Shown piece after piece: positions 50,565 through 64,000 of a DNA stretch of 64,000 nucleotides (within the stretch, counting starts at the first letter, position 1; every line of letters starts with the position of its first letter). A program made the translations under genes and the position numbers. The stretch comes from Pecten maximus (Eukaryota), in assembly GCF_902652985.1 (NCBI RefSeq), contig NC_047021.1, positions 39,990,001-40,054,000 on the forward strand. Direction: 5' to 3'. The notes below the pieces were generated by a model that was not told where the DNA came from, searched no databases, and worked only from the letters and a program-made list of their open reading frames with translations.

Positions 50565-51970
50565 GTATGGCAAGCCGACTCTATTTAATTAGAGATATCT
50601 GTAATTTAAATAAAGATATCTCTATTTAAATAAAGATATGTCTAATTTAAATACAGATATCTCTATTTCTACTGAAAATAGAGATATCTTCTTTTAAATT
50701 ACAGATATCTCTATTTCAAATTCAGATATCTCTATTTGAATTACAGATATCTTTAATTCAAATAGAGATATCTGTATTTGAAATAAAGATATCTGTATTT
50801 CTACAACAATTAAAGATATCTTTATTTAAAATAGAGATATCTCTATTTGAATTAAAGATATCCCTATTTTAAATAGATATCTTTAATTTTGTTTAAATAG
50901 AGATGTCTTCATTTTAAATACAGATATCTCTAATTCAAATACAGATATCTCTAATTCAATTAAAGATATCTCTATTTTAAATAGAGATATCTTTAATTGA
51001 ATTAGAGATATCTGCAATTACTTTGCAATACAGATATCTCTATTTCAAATACAGATATCTCTATTTGAATTAAAGATATCTGTATTTACACGTGTTTGCT
51101 CAGTGCGAAGATTAATATTGAAACACAAAGAAAATAATGATTACTCCCTAATCCTGATCAGTGTTAACGAAACGCTTGTAATTACTGTAAATTGGACTAT
51201 CCGGATCCCATATGCATGCATGAGAGATGTAGGTCTAAACCGATAAACTTGCTACTTGGAGGGGATTTCTAAAGAACAGAACATGGCAACTGTTCTACGG
51301 GAAATAGAGCGAACTGTTGCGGCTATACGCAGTACCATTGAAAGCAGCACACGGTCTGCATTTCCCGCCATTTTGCGTCACTAGTGCTTTACTTCCGTCG
51401 TGCGCAAAAGGGAGAATCAAGGGAGCAGTCGTTTTTCCTATTTGATGGTTAAATACAGATATCTCTATTTCATGTCAAATAAGGATGTCTTTAATTCAAA
51501 TAGAGATATCTGTATTTAAAATAAAAATATCTGTATTTCTACAACAATTAGAGATATCTGTATTTGAAATAGAGATATCTTTAATTGAATTAGAGATATC
51601 TGTATTTGAATTAGAGATATCTGTATTTGAATTAAAGATATCTTTATTTTAAATACAGATATCTTTATTTACAATGAAATGCAGATATTTCTAATTAAAA
51701 TAAAGATATCTTTAATTGAATTAGAGATATCTGTATTTGAATTAGAGATATCTCTATTTCGTGTTTAATTAGAGATATCTGTATTTTAAATAAAGATATC
51801 TCTAATTCAAATACAGATATCTCTAATTCAATTAAAGATATCTCTATTTAAATTAAAGATATTTCTATTTGAATTAAAGATATCTTTAATTTCTATATTA
51901 ATAATGATATCTTTATTTTGAATACAGATATCTGTATTTAATAGGTAAAAACCCAAACGGCTTGCCATAC
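50565..51970. mobile_element. Non-autonomous foldback-like DNA transposon with GATATC-core subterminal arrays
   Basis: TIR gtatggcaagccg/cggcttgccatac; 4-bp TSD ACCT at 50561-50564 and 51971-51974. Two arms of about 500 bp made of about 21-bp aaatacagatatctctaattc units in both orientations surround a unique core (about 51090-51450). Confidence 0.8.
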
Positions 51971-54900
51971 ACCTGCAGTTAATTTCTGCTTCATCCTGAA
52001 ACCAGTTCTAGCACTAAAACATGAAATATTCACTGTTTTACAGCTAACTAGGTGATTCCAGTTTTAACAAAGCTATGTTGTCTTAATCTGCAAATAAATG
52101 GAAATTCATTAATTGTTTTCCAATACATTTCAACATGAAAATATAAATTTCTAGATTTCATTTTTGCATTTGCAAGCTAGACACACACCTACGGAATACC
52201 TTATGATTAAACATTAGAAAACATGAATGTATAAGTTGCACTAAGCTTAAAATACTTTTATTTAAGAAGCTTAACATACTTTGAATAAAAGACCAGTGGG
52301 TTTTACCCGTTAACGTATAGTATGTATTGTGTACCATTATCATGCATTGTGTAAATTGTAGTATAGGTAATGTTAAGACTGACAATTACGATGCGTAACA
52401 ACGCGTAACTTGTGAATTGAATGTAATTTTGTCTTTATGTCTCTAGGTATTGTACAGACTTTTCATAGCCTCGAGTACCCGGCATCGTAATTACGTGGTT
52501 GGATTGCTAGTACGTTGTATTGTTCATAATTGATTGTACATTTTCACCTGTGGAGAAGTCGGCTAACCATAACACTCAAGCAAGGCGAAGCCTAAAGGTA
52601 GGTTGTTGATTTTTAACCATTTTGATGCTTTGTAACTGTTTCACATGTCAAATCTTGCATATGTCGCATGTTCTAAGTGTCAAATTAAAGGTGATATTTC
52701 CGGTCATTATTGGTTACTGGAATTTAATCTCAAATTATGATATGAAAAAGTATGGTCAGAAGAGATTTATTGTCTCTGATGGTATTTACATATGCTAGAT
52801 GACTGTATTGATTTGTTCAGCCATCGATGTATTTTATGTTGTAATCTTTGTCAGTACATGTATATATATACATAAACAATTTCAGAAGTTGGAATGGATA
52901 TTGATTCCAGTATTAGGAAATCTATACAGTTGTTGCCATATGTAAATAAGGAAAATTTGAATCTACTTGTTATTATTTGTATTATCAACTTTCTCTATCA
53001 ATTACCCAGATTTCATTCATGGATGTATTTTAATGAAATTTTGTGTGTTTACAAAATTTCCTTATGTAATTTAGTGGTGTGTAATACTGCATATGTTGCA
53101 AGATATTGAAATTAAAATTTACAACAAAACCAAATTTACTGCGGCTCCATGTTCCTGAATACCAAAGTCATGTCAAAATGGCATTGCAAATATTTCATGT
53201 TGTTAATAACTTTTTGATTTCTCGTTAATGGCAACAGAAATTAATGAAAACACTAGGAAGGAACTTCAAACCAATAGCTTTCGGTGTGAAAAATTTGGCT
53301 AAATTCGACCAATCAACAAATTCAGGAAAATTAACCCGAAAAAAAGTTTATACTGTAAGATAATATTGTAGAATTGAATTTTACAATCTTGCATGTACTT
53401 TAGGCAAAACAACTGTACGATGTAGATTTAAAGATCTATTACAAGTTTTGTCCTTTTGACATTAAACATTAACACAGAAAGGACACCTGGAATGTTTTAG
53501 CTGCAGATCAAACCATAAACAATTGTTTAAATCTGTTTGGTCTGTTTTAGTGAACAAAATATACAGTGTATGATATAATGTGGTTATTTAAGTCCTGCAC
53601 AAAAAGCAAGCATTGTCGTTGAAATTCTACCCAAATGGGTTTTAAAAAATGGGTTTAAAGTATTCTGTGTTTATTTAAAGGTGAGTTTTAAAAAATGGAC
53701 CTCATAGTGGAATAACTGTATGGTTGGACAATGCGGGAGTGCCGAGCTATTTTAATTTAAGCTTTTCTGAATACAAAAGGTTTTAAATTTCATTATATTT
53801 CCTGCAAACATTGTTCTATCGCTCTTGTCTTTCAATATTTACATATGAACAAGGGTTCCAAGCCACACTGTTTGTGATTATCCCAATCAAATAGGTGGAA
53901 CTTTAAATTATGAAAATATTAAAAAGAAAACTAGGCTAGTTTGGGGTCAGATGTTTTGTGAGTTTACGGATGTATGGCTTTGGTAAACATTAGTTTGTCT
54001 CGATTCCCCGTCATTACCCCGTAAAATGGATTGACCCAATGTCCAGGCGCTTGTGTCCTGTGGAATGTCACAGATATACAAATCACTTAATCTGAAACGA
54101 CCCAATACACGGTGGACTCGCTTCAGTGAACCTCAAGGGAGAGGGTAATTTTAACCGTCTACACCTATTGTGACTTAGCGGATTATCTCAAATCTCCTGT
54201 TCTTCGATTGTGTGTTTGACTAAGTATAAAGCAGTGAGGTTTATAACCAGCGACACTTTGTGGGCAGACAGGTATACAAAACTACCCGAGATTTTATCCA
54301 GGTAGGAATTTTATTATTTATACGACGAGCTAAGATAATTAATTATTCATGCACAGTATGTAATTGTTTGTATATTGTTATACTAAATAGATTTCATTAC
54401 AGGGACAATATTGATTTGTGATCAATGCTTCAAGCATATATTTCAGTAGACTTGATGAGGCTTCAAGTATGCCTCAAATATATTTCAGATGTGGTTCAGG
54501 AAAGTTTGAACCTTAGGATATATGATGTATTTGAAATTAAGGGTCGGCAATGATTTATTAGAAATTTAGATAATGAAGAGAATGGGACATCTTTACAGAA
54601 GAAATATGTTCGGATTCACACAGGAAGATTGTTCATCACATAACTGGCATATCATATGTCATATGAATGACATATGTAATAACACTATTATGACATCAAC
54701 AACAAAATTTGTGTTTGCGTGACATGAACGTTTTGATGGTGGAAAACGTTAACATACTGTTTGAATCATACTAGCCAGACTTATACTGTAAACTTACATA
54801 TTTTAGTGGTAAATGTGATTTTAGCACTAGAAGCATTATGCTAAATTATGATTGGACTAATTGTACTTTCGATCATCTTTCAAGATTATCAGGTTTATCA

Positions 54901-57900
54901 AGATTTTTTCAGAAGTAAACTGCAAATTTTGGAAATTTGGCTAAAATATAAAATAATTTCAATTGGAAATCTGGACTTTTTAAGACTTAATTAAGTCTAC
55001 AGCAGCCTGTTTCGACCAAGCCTGGAATATTGTCGCATTGTAGTATTGACATCTCAACACGTCCTCTATAGATTGTGAGAATTTTGATTTTCTGGTGTAT
55101 TTTCGTGTTAAAAGCCTTAGATTTTGGGTTGTAGATTTATTCTGGACAAGTTACCGATACGTTTCATTGCATATTTCTGCAAATCCTTAAGGTGTGACCA
55201 GGGTACCGTGCAACCTGTGACTGTCATACAAATGACACTTGAGAGATTAGGAGGGATAATCTTGTAATGCTATAACAATTAGTTCCGTTTTAGTGTTCTT
55301 CAATAAGCCCATCCCTGATCGTGATATATCATAGCATTGCATATCAACACAATTATATCTGTCTCACAAAATATAGTTTATAGAAAAAAATTCAATGAGA
55401 TTTTCAGATCTATGGGAGAGTCTATTATGGAATCAAGGGTATACAGGATGAAACTCTATGGGAGAGTCTATTATGGAATCAAGGGTATAAAGGATGGATC
55501 ACTTACAATTAAATTCTTACACAGGGGGCAATTAATACATGATCATTATATCATTCATTTAAGTGGAAATTAAAAGAGTTCAGTCATTAAAGAGCTTTAA
55601 TCATCATTTCATTCTTTATTTTTGACATCGAAATTTTTTCTCCTTATATATATACCTGTCAATTTAAATACCAGAAAGAAGCACATAACTGACCTAGTTT
55701 TTATGATGGAGATAACTGGACTGTGAAGTACAGAAACCTAGCCCTTTAATTCTGGTTAAATAGAGACAGTGTACATGGTTTGTTAAGAGTGCTCGACCGA
55801 GATACCTAAATCCTTCAACAAAATAATACTTTTGTCGCTCGGATGACCTTAACAGAGCATCGGGTTACAGGAGGTATTTACTGAGGTAGATAGAAAAATT
55901 AGGGGGATAACAATACAAATATCGTCATCAGTGGAAAGGATCAGAAGAAATCAATCAGTATCGGTTTAAAAAGAAAAATATTTGGAAGGAGTTTTGGTTT
56001 GGGAGTTATAATTTTGGTTTGAATTCATCTTTAAATCTATTAATTATAAATTTTCATAATCTTTGAACATGTAGATCAGGGTCAGATGAAATCTTGAAAG
56101 TCTTCAAAATCTTGGCACAATAGGAATAAGTACAAAACAGAATCGTGCTGTTTTGATTGTAAGTTATGAAAGCCAGAAACCATCTGTTTGTCTGGAGTCT
56201 ATATTAACTCTAAACCTGACAGATATTTATCAGGAAAATCAACACTTGGTTGAGGAATTTGTGTGCCTTTGGTCTTATTTAGCCGACTGAGCTTTGCTGT
56301 GAAAAATAAATATTAGACTTCGCCAGAGAATATTGGCCTAATTTGGAATAAAGAGATGTCACTCCCGAGCCTGACATGACTCGCATTCAAAACCTGGAAC
56401 CCCAAATCGGCTGAATTGTCATACGCTTTGTTGAACATGACTGTTTTAGCAGGATCCATATATCTCTCCACACAGAAATGACTTTTGTTACAATGTTATA
56501 GGTATAGAGGCTATTGTAGTTGTCTATAAGTTGCATTGTTTAGCACCGTCAACAAACTCATTATTTCGTTTGTTTGAATATGAATATTTCAAGGCTGAAA
56601 TTCTGGCAGATTGCCAGTTGGTTTACTTTTTCTGTTCACACATATAGAGTACATACAAACAGTCTAAAATGTTAATGCGGCCACAGATATGGAGACTTCA
56701 GCTAGCATTAATTATAATAACCACTTTGTTCCCAGTGTGACATGCATTTTTCTTGCACCAGTAAGACATTTAAAATTCAGTTCCATTCAAAAGTTTTAAC
56801 ACAACTGCAAAAATTCCTTCTGAACTTTGACCTATTGAACTTAGACTTCAGTTACGATTCCATATTATTCTAAAGTAAAAATCTACCATATTATTTCAAA
56901 ATAAAAATGTTACTAGTCATTATTGTAACCTTTGACCTTGAATTCCTAATACCAATGCTTTCAATGTTATTGAAAAACCTTGGTCAAGTTGACCATATTT
57001 TGTGTAACCTAGATTTTATGACCATTTTGACTCCTGATTTTGTTGGCTTGAAAATAACCGGACATTGACCTTTAATTAACCTGCAGTTGCTTTTGACCCC
57101 AACAGGGTTGTGATGTCATGGTAACCTCTTGACTCCCGAGAGTAGATATATTGATTACATGATCAGTATATAAATGTCGGAGCGGGTAACATAACATTGC
57201 TACATATTGATCACGTTATTGGGATTCATACCGTCATGTGCTGCTAGTACCGTATCAGTTGTCTTTACAGAAACAAAGCTATTCTGTATGAATTTTTCAT
57301 ACGAAAATCAATAAAAAAGGTCGCTGAATTTGTACCAACATATGCTTAGTCACTGTGACCAATATCAAACATCTACATTTACTAAAATTATGAATGCTAC
57401 TGGGTATATGTGATTATACAGGGAAGAAAATATGCGGTGGGGGGAGGAGGAGCTCGAGGGGGGATTAATATGGTCGCTTACAACAGAGGTTCACCTGATA
57501 GAGATGGTCGCTTGTACAGATTCGACTGTGTTTATAACTAGTGATGTTTCAGTTAGAAAATTTTCCAAACAATTTAACTGCTGGGAAAAAAGTAGAGATA
57601 AATTGTTGTAGTTATTGCCGTTGCTGTCACATAAAAAAGAATTACCTATTTCTCAGGTACTCCAGTTTCCTCATAATGTTTATTTGGTTTACTAAATATT
57701 TGTTTATACACAACACTTTACCTTTCCCCTGCGCGTATGTATATATAAGTAGTTCTATTCAACTCCAACATCCTCACATATCACGTGACTCGGTTGACCA
57801 ATGGTCAATAAGCCAGAGGGGTTCAGCCCCCCACGACACCAGCCACAGCAGTCTAGGCAGCGTCATCGTTCATAGCAGCAGTGGTTTTTTCATCTAATGC

Positions 57901-60900
57901 GCTGTCAGACGAGTGTTGAGCAATCTGCAGTTAAAGTTATAGTGCTATAAATATGGAATTATAACCCAGATTTACACATTCCCCATATCAAGTTTCATTC
58001 CTACTCATTCATATCAAATTGACGAATGAGGTTATAAGATTTTATAATTAAATATTTACTTGGATTTTCTTATCAGCTGATGGATTTTAATAACTAAAAT
58101 ATTCAAGCACATTATGACCCAAATATTTATGCTAATATGCCATTTATGGATTCAATGTCCCTTGACATGGCCGACATGTTTACAAATAACTAGTGTTTTG
58201 TGAATTGGTATCTACCCGTGACTGGCTGAAAGGAAGTTATGATAGCATCTTTAAAAATCTCTGCATACAGCTTTTTTTTTTTTTTTTTAAAAAGGTTTAA
58301 AAAATAAAAACTTTACTACTCGAAGTGTATTCAGCTTTAACTATATATAAAGAAAATTTGAAACTTATGTTTTAGAAGCTTTTTGCAAAATCATATTTTG
58401 AATTAAAACTAATTCAATTAATTAATTAATTATTCAAAAATATATTACATGCAGAATATGATGTCCTCTTGAAAAAAGCTAAAAACAAAGAGCCTTGTAC
58501 ATCCTCTTTTTCTGCCTTGATGTGTTAAGATTTGTTAGCTTGATTACAAATGAACATTATGTTTCAACGAATTTGTTTATTTAAAAAAATGTTTAAAAAT
58601 CTTACTTCAAACAATTTCACAAGATGGTTAAAGACAGAGATCTTTTATTTATTGTTTTATTATTGTTTTTTTTTATCATTTATTCAAAATATTATAGTAA
58701 AATTAAACTAAATAAGATATTAAGCTGATGTGACTTCATACTTTTTGTGTGACTGAAATATCATACGTAGTATTAGGTTCGTATTTGGTGATCATAATTC
58801 ATAAATTGTAATGAGTGTCACGAATACCAGTCTGTGTAAGGTACCCTAGGTAGTCTATGACATTCCTTTATATCAACATATGGTTTTAAATCTGATTCTC
58901 AAACAGGATGTCGGTTATTGAAAGTTAAGCTGTTGTAGAATTATTTGAGGAGGATTGTGAATTATCGGTTTCCTTTATATAAATAAAGTTATTTGTTTAC
59001 TAGTGCCAGATTTTCTCTGAACTAGGTCAAGTATTCTAACAAAACTTAATATACCATGGGTATATATGGATCTATATACCTGTTACCGAGTTCCGAGTTC
59101 CCATCTGTTCTGTTTGAGGTAGAAAAACGGGGCTAGAGTGTAAAAATTGATTTCATTTTCTCATCAGAATCAAAGTTGACATTTAAAAAGACCGACTTAG
59201 AGAAATTGATATGGTGATATTGAACGTATTTGTAAATAAATCACAATTTTATTGTCAATGACTTGTAAAGCATGCTTGGTGAATGGTGTATATTTAAGCT
59301 TGAATAAAAACATCTCACATTCCGTATTGTATTGACGGTCCTCTTGACATCTAGGACTTTCAATCTGCATGATTTTTGTACTTTTTTGCTCAAATTTGAA
59401 TAACTATTGATAAGATATTGATACATTAGAGAATCATTAGGTTACATTCTGCCAGCAAGGTTTGGGCTAAACATGACAAGAGTTTTTCTCTCAACAACCT
59501 TTTTTATTTTTGGAGAAGATGAGTGTGTAGAATCGAACCACTTCAACAGTCAAAGCTCAAAACCTGTTTTTGAATATGACAGATTGGGGGAAAATACACT
59601 TATATATCTCATTGACAGCCAGCTGGGTTCAGGTAAAGAGCGAGAGTAAATTCCAAGATACCTCTCATAGAACGCGCCGTATGTGGTCTAGAGTAATGCA
59701 TGCATGTATGCAACATTTCTGCAGACATATTGTGGTGTAGAAGATTGATTTTTTCGTCTGGGAGAATAATGGCTTCTGCATGAAGTATATATGAGACTTC
59801 GTGCATGAGTGACTGCACTATTGTAGACTTTGGACATTGAGTTCAGTTTGACGTCTGCTCACGGGGCACAGCAAAACTACAGGTGCAGTTCTATCTATCA
59901 GTTAAGTCCTCACCTGTCCACACCTGGTTCTGCCTCAGTGATTCGGTGTATATCAATTAGCCATAGGTGAACGGTTGATTGGAGCTCGGCCTTCTTCAAG
60001 TCTCTATACACTCTCCATTGGGATCCAGGGATATTTAGATTGATGAGGCTGTACTGAAAGATCCGGAATACACCTTTTACATCTCACGATCACAAAAAGG
60101 TCTGGTTGCCTGCGACAATGATCCTGTCATCCCGTACACTGAGGAGGTGATATCTACATGAATAAACCGCTCGTTAACTTTTTCTGATTAGTGCTTACAT
60201 TTCCAAACCGACCTCCGACCTCTTATATGTTGTATCATGTTACAAAACTTTCCTTATAGGCATATGTGAATGCGACAGGCATCAGAAGCTTGACAGATCC
60301 TGCTCGGGGAAAAAAATACTCCTGCAATTACATGGTGTTATATCGTAAATCCAGTCACAGTGTGAATTTGAAAGTCTGGACGTGAGAAACTTAACAATTT
60401 GTCAAAGGATTTGGTAATATTTATACTGTGTGACTTGAACTCTCAAGAAAGATGACACGACACCCAAAATTATACTGGACAATTCATGATGGGAAGTACA
60501 ATGGAACTTATAAGGTAGGAGTCCTTAATCTAGCCGAGATTATACTGAATTTGTTCTTATTTTAAATACTAAAAGATTTGGATATTTTATTAATTTTTAG
60601 AAATAGAAATTTTAAGTTTGATAAAATGTCCAGCTCAATTGGAGATGAATTGCATGCAAGTTTAAGGAGTTTTGGAATGTCATTACAAGAATATGTAATC
60701 TTTGATTGTTGATGGTTAATTATTTAATGTTGTAATTCATTACAATTTTAGTTGGCATATTCTGGATTATAGGAATTTTTTTTTTTTTTTTTTGTCAGGA
60801 CATTTATACATATATGAATAGTGAGGCATTCAAAATTTTAATAAAAAAATGACGGATAATCTTTCCAGATTCAAAAAATGACCCTATATATCTCAGAAAA

Positions 60901-61879
60901 TAAGTACCGTATCTTCCTCCCGTGTGAAAAGAATTTGCATTGGTAATTAAATTTGGCACTATCTGTCTGAAGAGATTTTCTGGGCTACAACTTGAAAACT
61001 GTTCAATTGATCTCTATACAAAACTTTGTACACATATCCAGCTGGTGCCCTATTTGCTATGGTGAGATTTCATGACATTTTCTCTGTCAACTCATGTCAA
61101 CTGTAAATAACTCCTACAAGATTGACATATGTATGTGCTTTGATTTTCATACCTAGTTGGGCACAGGTGATAATACCATGCTTTGTGACTCCTTGTTAAG
61201 AGAAAGCTTTTGGAGTTTTAATTTATCAGGGATGGTGACGTAAAATGATGGCCTTGTGTTTAATGGGAGTAATATAAGGAAAATTGTCTTAAATGCACCT
61301 GTATTCGAAGTGTGTTACTATGATCTGTTCTGCTGAACCTAATAATATGCAAACTTCCTCGTGTATGTCACAGAAAAAATATGAAGTCCAGCCAAGATCA
61401 TGAAATTTCCTGTATTATGGAGAAGCTATAAGTAAAATCAGGTGTAGCAGTTTTCAATATCTCGGGTGCTTAAAACTACTACAACTCTGTATTAATGTAA
61501 TACATTCATAATGTTTGTGTATATAACTAATAAACTTTGAAGTGTTTGTGTATCAGATGGTAGGCTAGCGAAGAGCTATTAGCAGACTTTTTAGCTATAT
61601 ATGCTTATTGGTAGAGTTGTTAGCAGACAATCAATCAATCAATCAAACAAATATTTTCATTAAAGTGTCACACATCAGAGCATGCTGCATATACATAGTA
61701 AAATATGAGTTCGTGTAAAAACAACACATTCTCAATACAACACTTAAATCTGATGTCCATTCCACATTGGAATTATGAGACTCTATGAGTTAAAATAACT
61801 TAAAAATAAAACACAATTACTACTTTTTGTCTCCATTGACATAAAATATTATAGCACTTTTTGGCAGTATATAGATAAC

Positions 61880-63325
61880 ACTATTAGCAGGCTATATCTA
61901 TAGGTAGAACTATTAGCAGGCTATATTTATAGGTAGAAGTATTAGCAGGCTATATCTATAGGTAGAACTATTAGCAGGCTATGTTTTTAGGTAGAACTAT
62001 TAGCAGGCTATATCTATAGGTAGAACTATTAGCAGGTTATGTCTATAGCTAGAACTATTAGCAGGCTATATTTATAGGTAGAACTATTAGCAGGCTATAT
62101 CTATAGGTAGAACTATTAGCAGGCTATGTTTATAGGTAGAATATTAGCAGGCTATATTTATAGGTAGAACTATTAGCAGGCTATATCTATAGGTAGAACT
62201 ATTAGCAGGCTATATTTATAGGTAGAAGTATTAGCAGGCTATATCTATAGGTAGAACTATTAGCAGGCTATGTTTTTAGGTAGAACTATTAGCAGGCTAT
62301 ATCTATAGGTAGAACTATTAGCAGGTTATGTCTATAGCTAGAACTATTAGCAGGCTATATATATAGGTAGAACTATTAGCAGGCTATATCTATAGGTAGA
62401 ACTATTAGCAGGCTATGTTTATAGGTAGAATATTAGCAGGCTATATTTATAGGTAGAACTATTAGCAGGCTATATTTATAGGTAGAACTATTAGCAGGCT
62501 ATATTTATAGGTAGAACCTATATCTATAGGTAGAACTATTAGCAGGCTATGTTTTTAGGTAGAACTATTAGCAGGCTATATTTATAGGTAGAACTATTAG
62601 CAGGCTATATCTGTATAGGTAGAACTATTAGCAGGCTATATTTATAGGTAGAACTATTAGCAGGCTATATTTATAGGTAGAACTATTAGCAGGCTATGTT
62701 TTTAGGTAGAACTATTAGCAGGCTATATCTATAGGTAGAACTATTTTGCAGGCTATGTTTTTAGGTAGAACTATTAGCAGGCTATATTTATAGGTAGAAC
62801 TATTAGCAGGCTGTATTTATAGGTAGAAGTATTAGCAGGCTATATCTATAGGTAGAACTATTAGCAGGCTATATTTATAGGTAGAACTATTAGCAGGCTA
62901 TATTTATAGGTAGAACTATTGGCAGGCTATATTTATAGGTAGAACTATTAGCAGGCCATGTCTATAGGTAGAACTATTAGCAGGCTATATCTATATATAG
63001 AACTATTAACAGGCTATATCTATATATAGAACTATTAGCAGGCTATATCTATAGGTAGAACTATTTTGCAGGCTATGTTTTTAGGTAGAACTATTAGCAG
63101 GCTATATCTATAGGTAGAACTATTAGCAGGCTATATTTATAGGTAGAACTATTAGCAGGCTATATTTATAGGTAGAACTATTGGCAGGCTATATTTATAG
63201 GTAGAACTATTAGCAGGCCATGTCTATAGGTAGAACTATTAGCAGGCTATATTTATAGGTAGAAGTGTTAGCAGGCTATATTTCTAGGTAGAAGTATTAG
63301 CAGGCTATATTTATAGATAGAACTA
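61880..63325. repeat. 29-bp minisatellite
   Basis: Unit ctattagcaggctatatttataggtagaa. Confidence 0.95.
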
Positions 63326-64000
63326 ATAGGCTATGTTTATTCAAGAAAAAACTGCTACATAATAATGTAGGTAATTGATCAATGATGAAAACATCAAAAG
63401 TTTTCTTTTTACTTGTAGGAAATAATGAATTCTCTTGGTCTGAATATATTAATGTGATAATCCATGTTGTAGTTCCAGGTAAATTTTCCTTGTCATGAAT
63501 GTCTATGATGCATATATAATGTGTAACGTCCATATTGACGAGGTCATTAAGTGTGCACATGAAAGTGAGTCATTATATTTTAAGCTTTAAACTTTCACGT
63601 GCCCTAACAATGCACAATTGACATTACAGCTTATTTGATATACTTCCTATAATTGAATAACCACTTCATGTAAATGAGTGAATATTAATTATATAGCACA
63701 CTTAAGCTTTTAATTATTTGTCGGTTTAATTAATTCAGGGCTGTTCGCTCTATTTCAAGGAACAGTTTTATACAGACTGAATGAAGTGTTAGATTATCAT
63801 GTTTGACACTTGGAACTTCCGCCTTGACGGGCGTTGCCCTGACGTCTATATGCTAAATCAGAAAAGAAAAAAAATTATTGATAAGACCAGGAAATATGTA
63901 GATTATTGATTATTACGATTTACGTAGACTTTATTTCATGAACTCATTATCCCAAACGTTGGCGTATGAAAATGTTAAATCCTAAACATAGATGCATGAA

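Overview
AT-rich, intron-containing animal genomic DNA. The repeat families suggest a bivalve mollusc, but this is an inference. Main contents: (1) A + strand fold-type II PLP enzyme gene (serine/threonine dehydratase / serine racemase family, 327 aa, 4244-16050). It has two paralogous 131-nt versions of exon 3 that must be mutually exclusive and that differ in an active-site loop. (2) A convergent - strand gene of 10 coding exons for a 345-aa protein with about 8 TM helices (38563-26059). (3) An apparently intact 9.27-kb DNA transposon (38602-47874) with perfect 83-bp TIRs and an 8-bp TSD. It encodes a RecQ-like helicase and a 980-aa zinc-finger transposase (AcademH-type), and sits about 40 bp upstream of the membrane gene's ATG. 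(4) Miniature LTR elements whose LTRs contain a tRNA-Thr(AGT)-like gene (Helenus-type TRIMs): one complete, one truncated and two solo LTRs; the complete copy and both solo LTRs have 4-bp TSDs. (5) HINE/Helentron-like elements, MITEs and a foldback-like element. (6) Many minisatellites, several built from the neighbouring splice site. The long repetitive ORFs in the ORF track are minisatellite artefacts. The 52-64 kb region is mostly non-coding. All gene models were assembled by eye, without searches.
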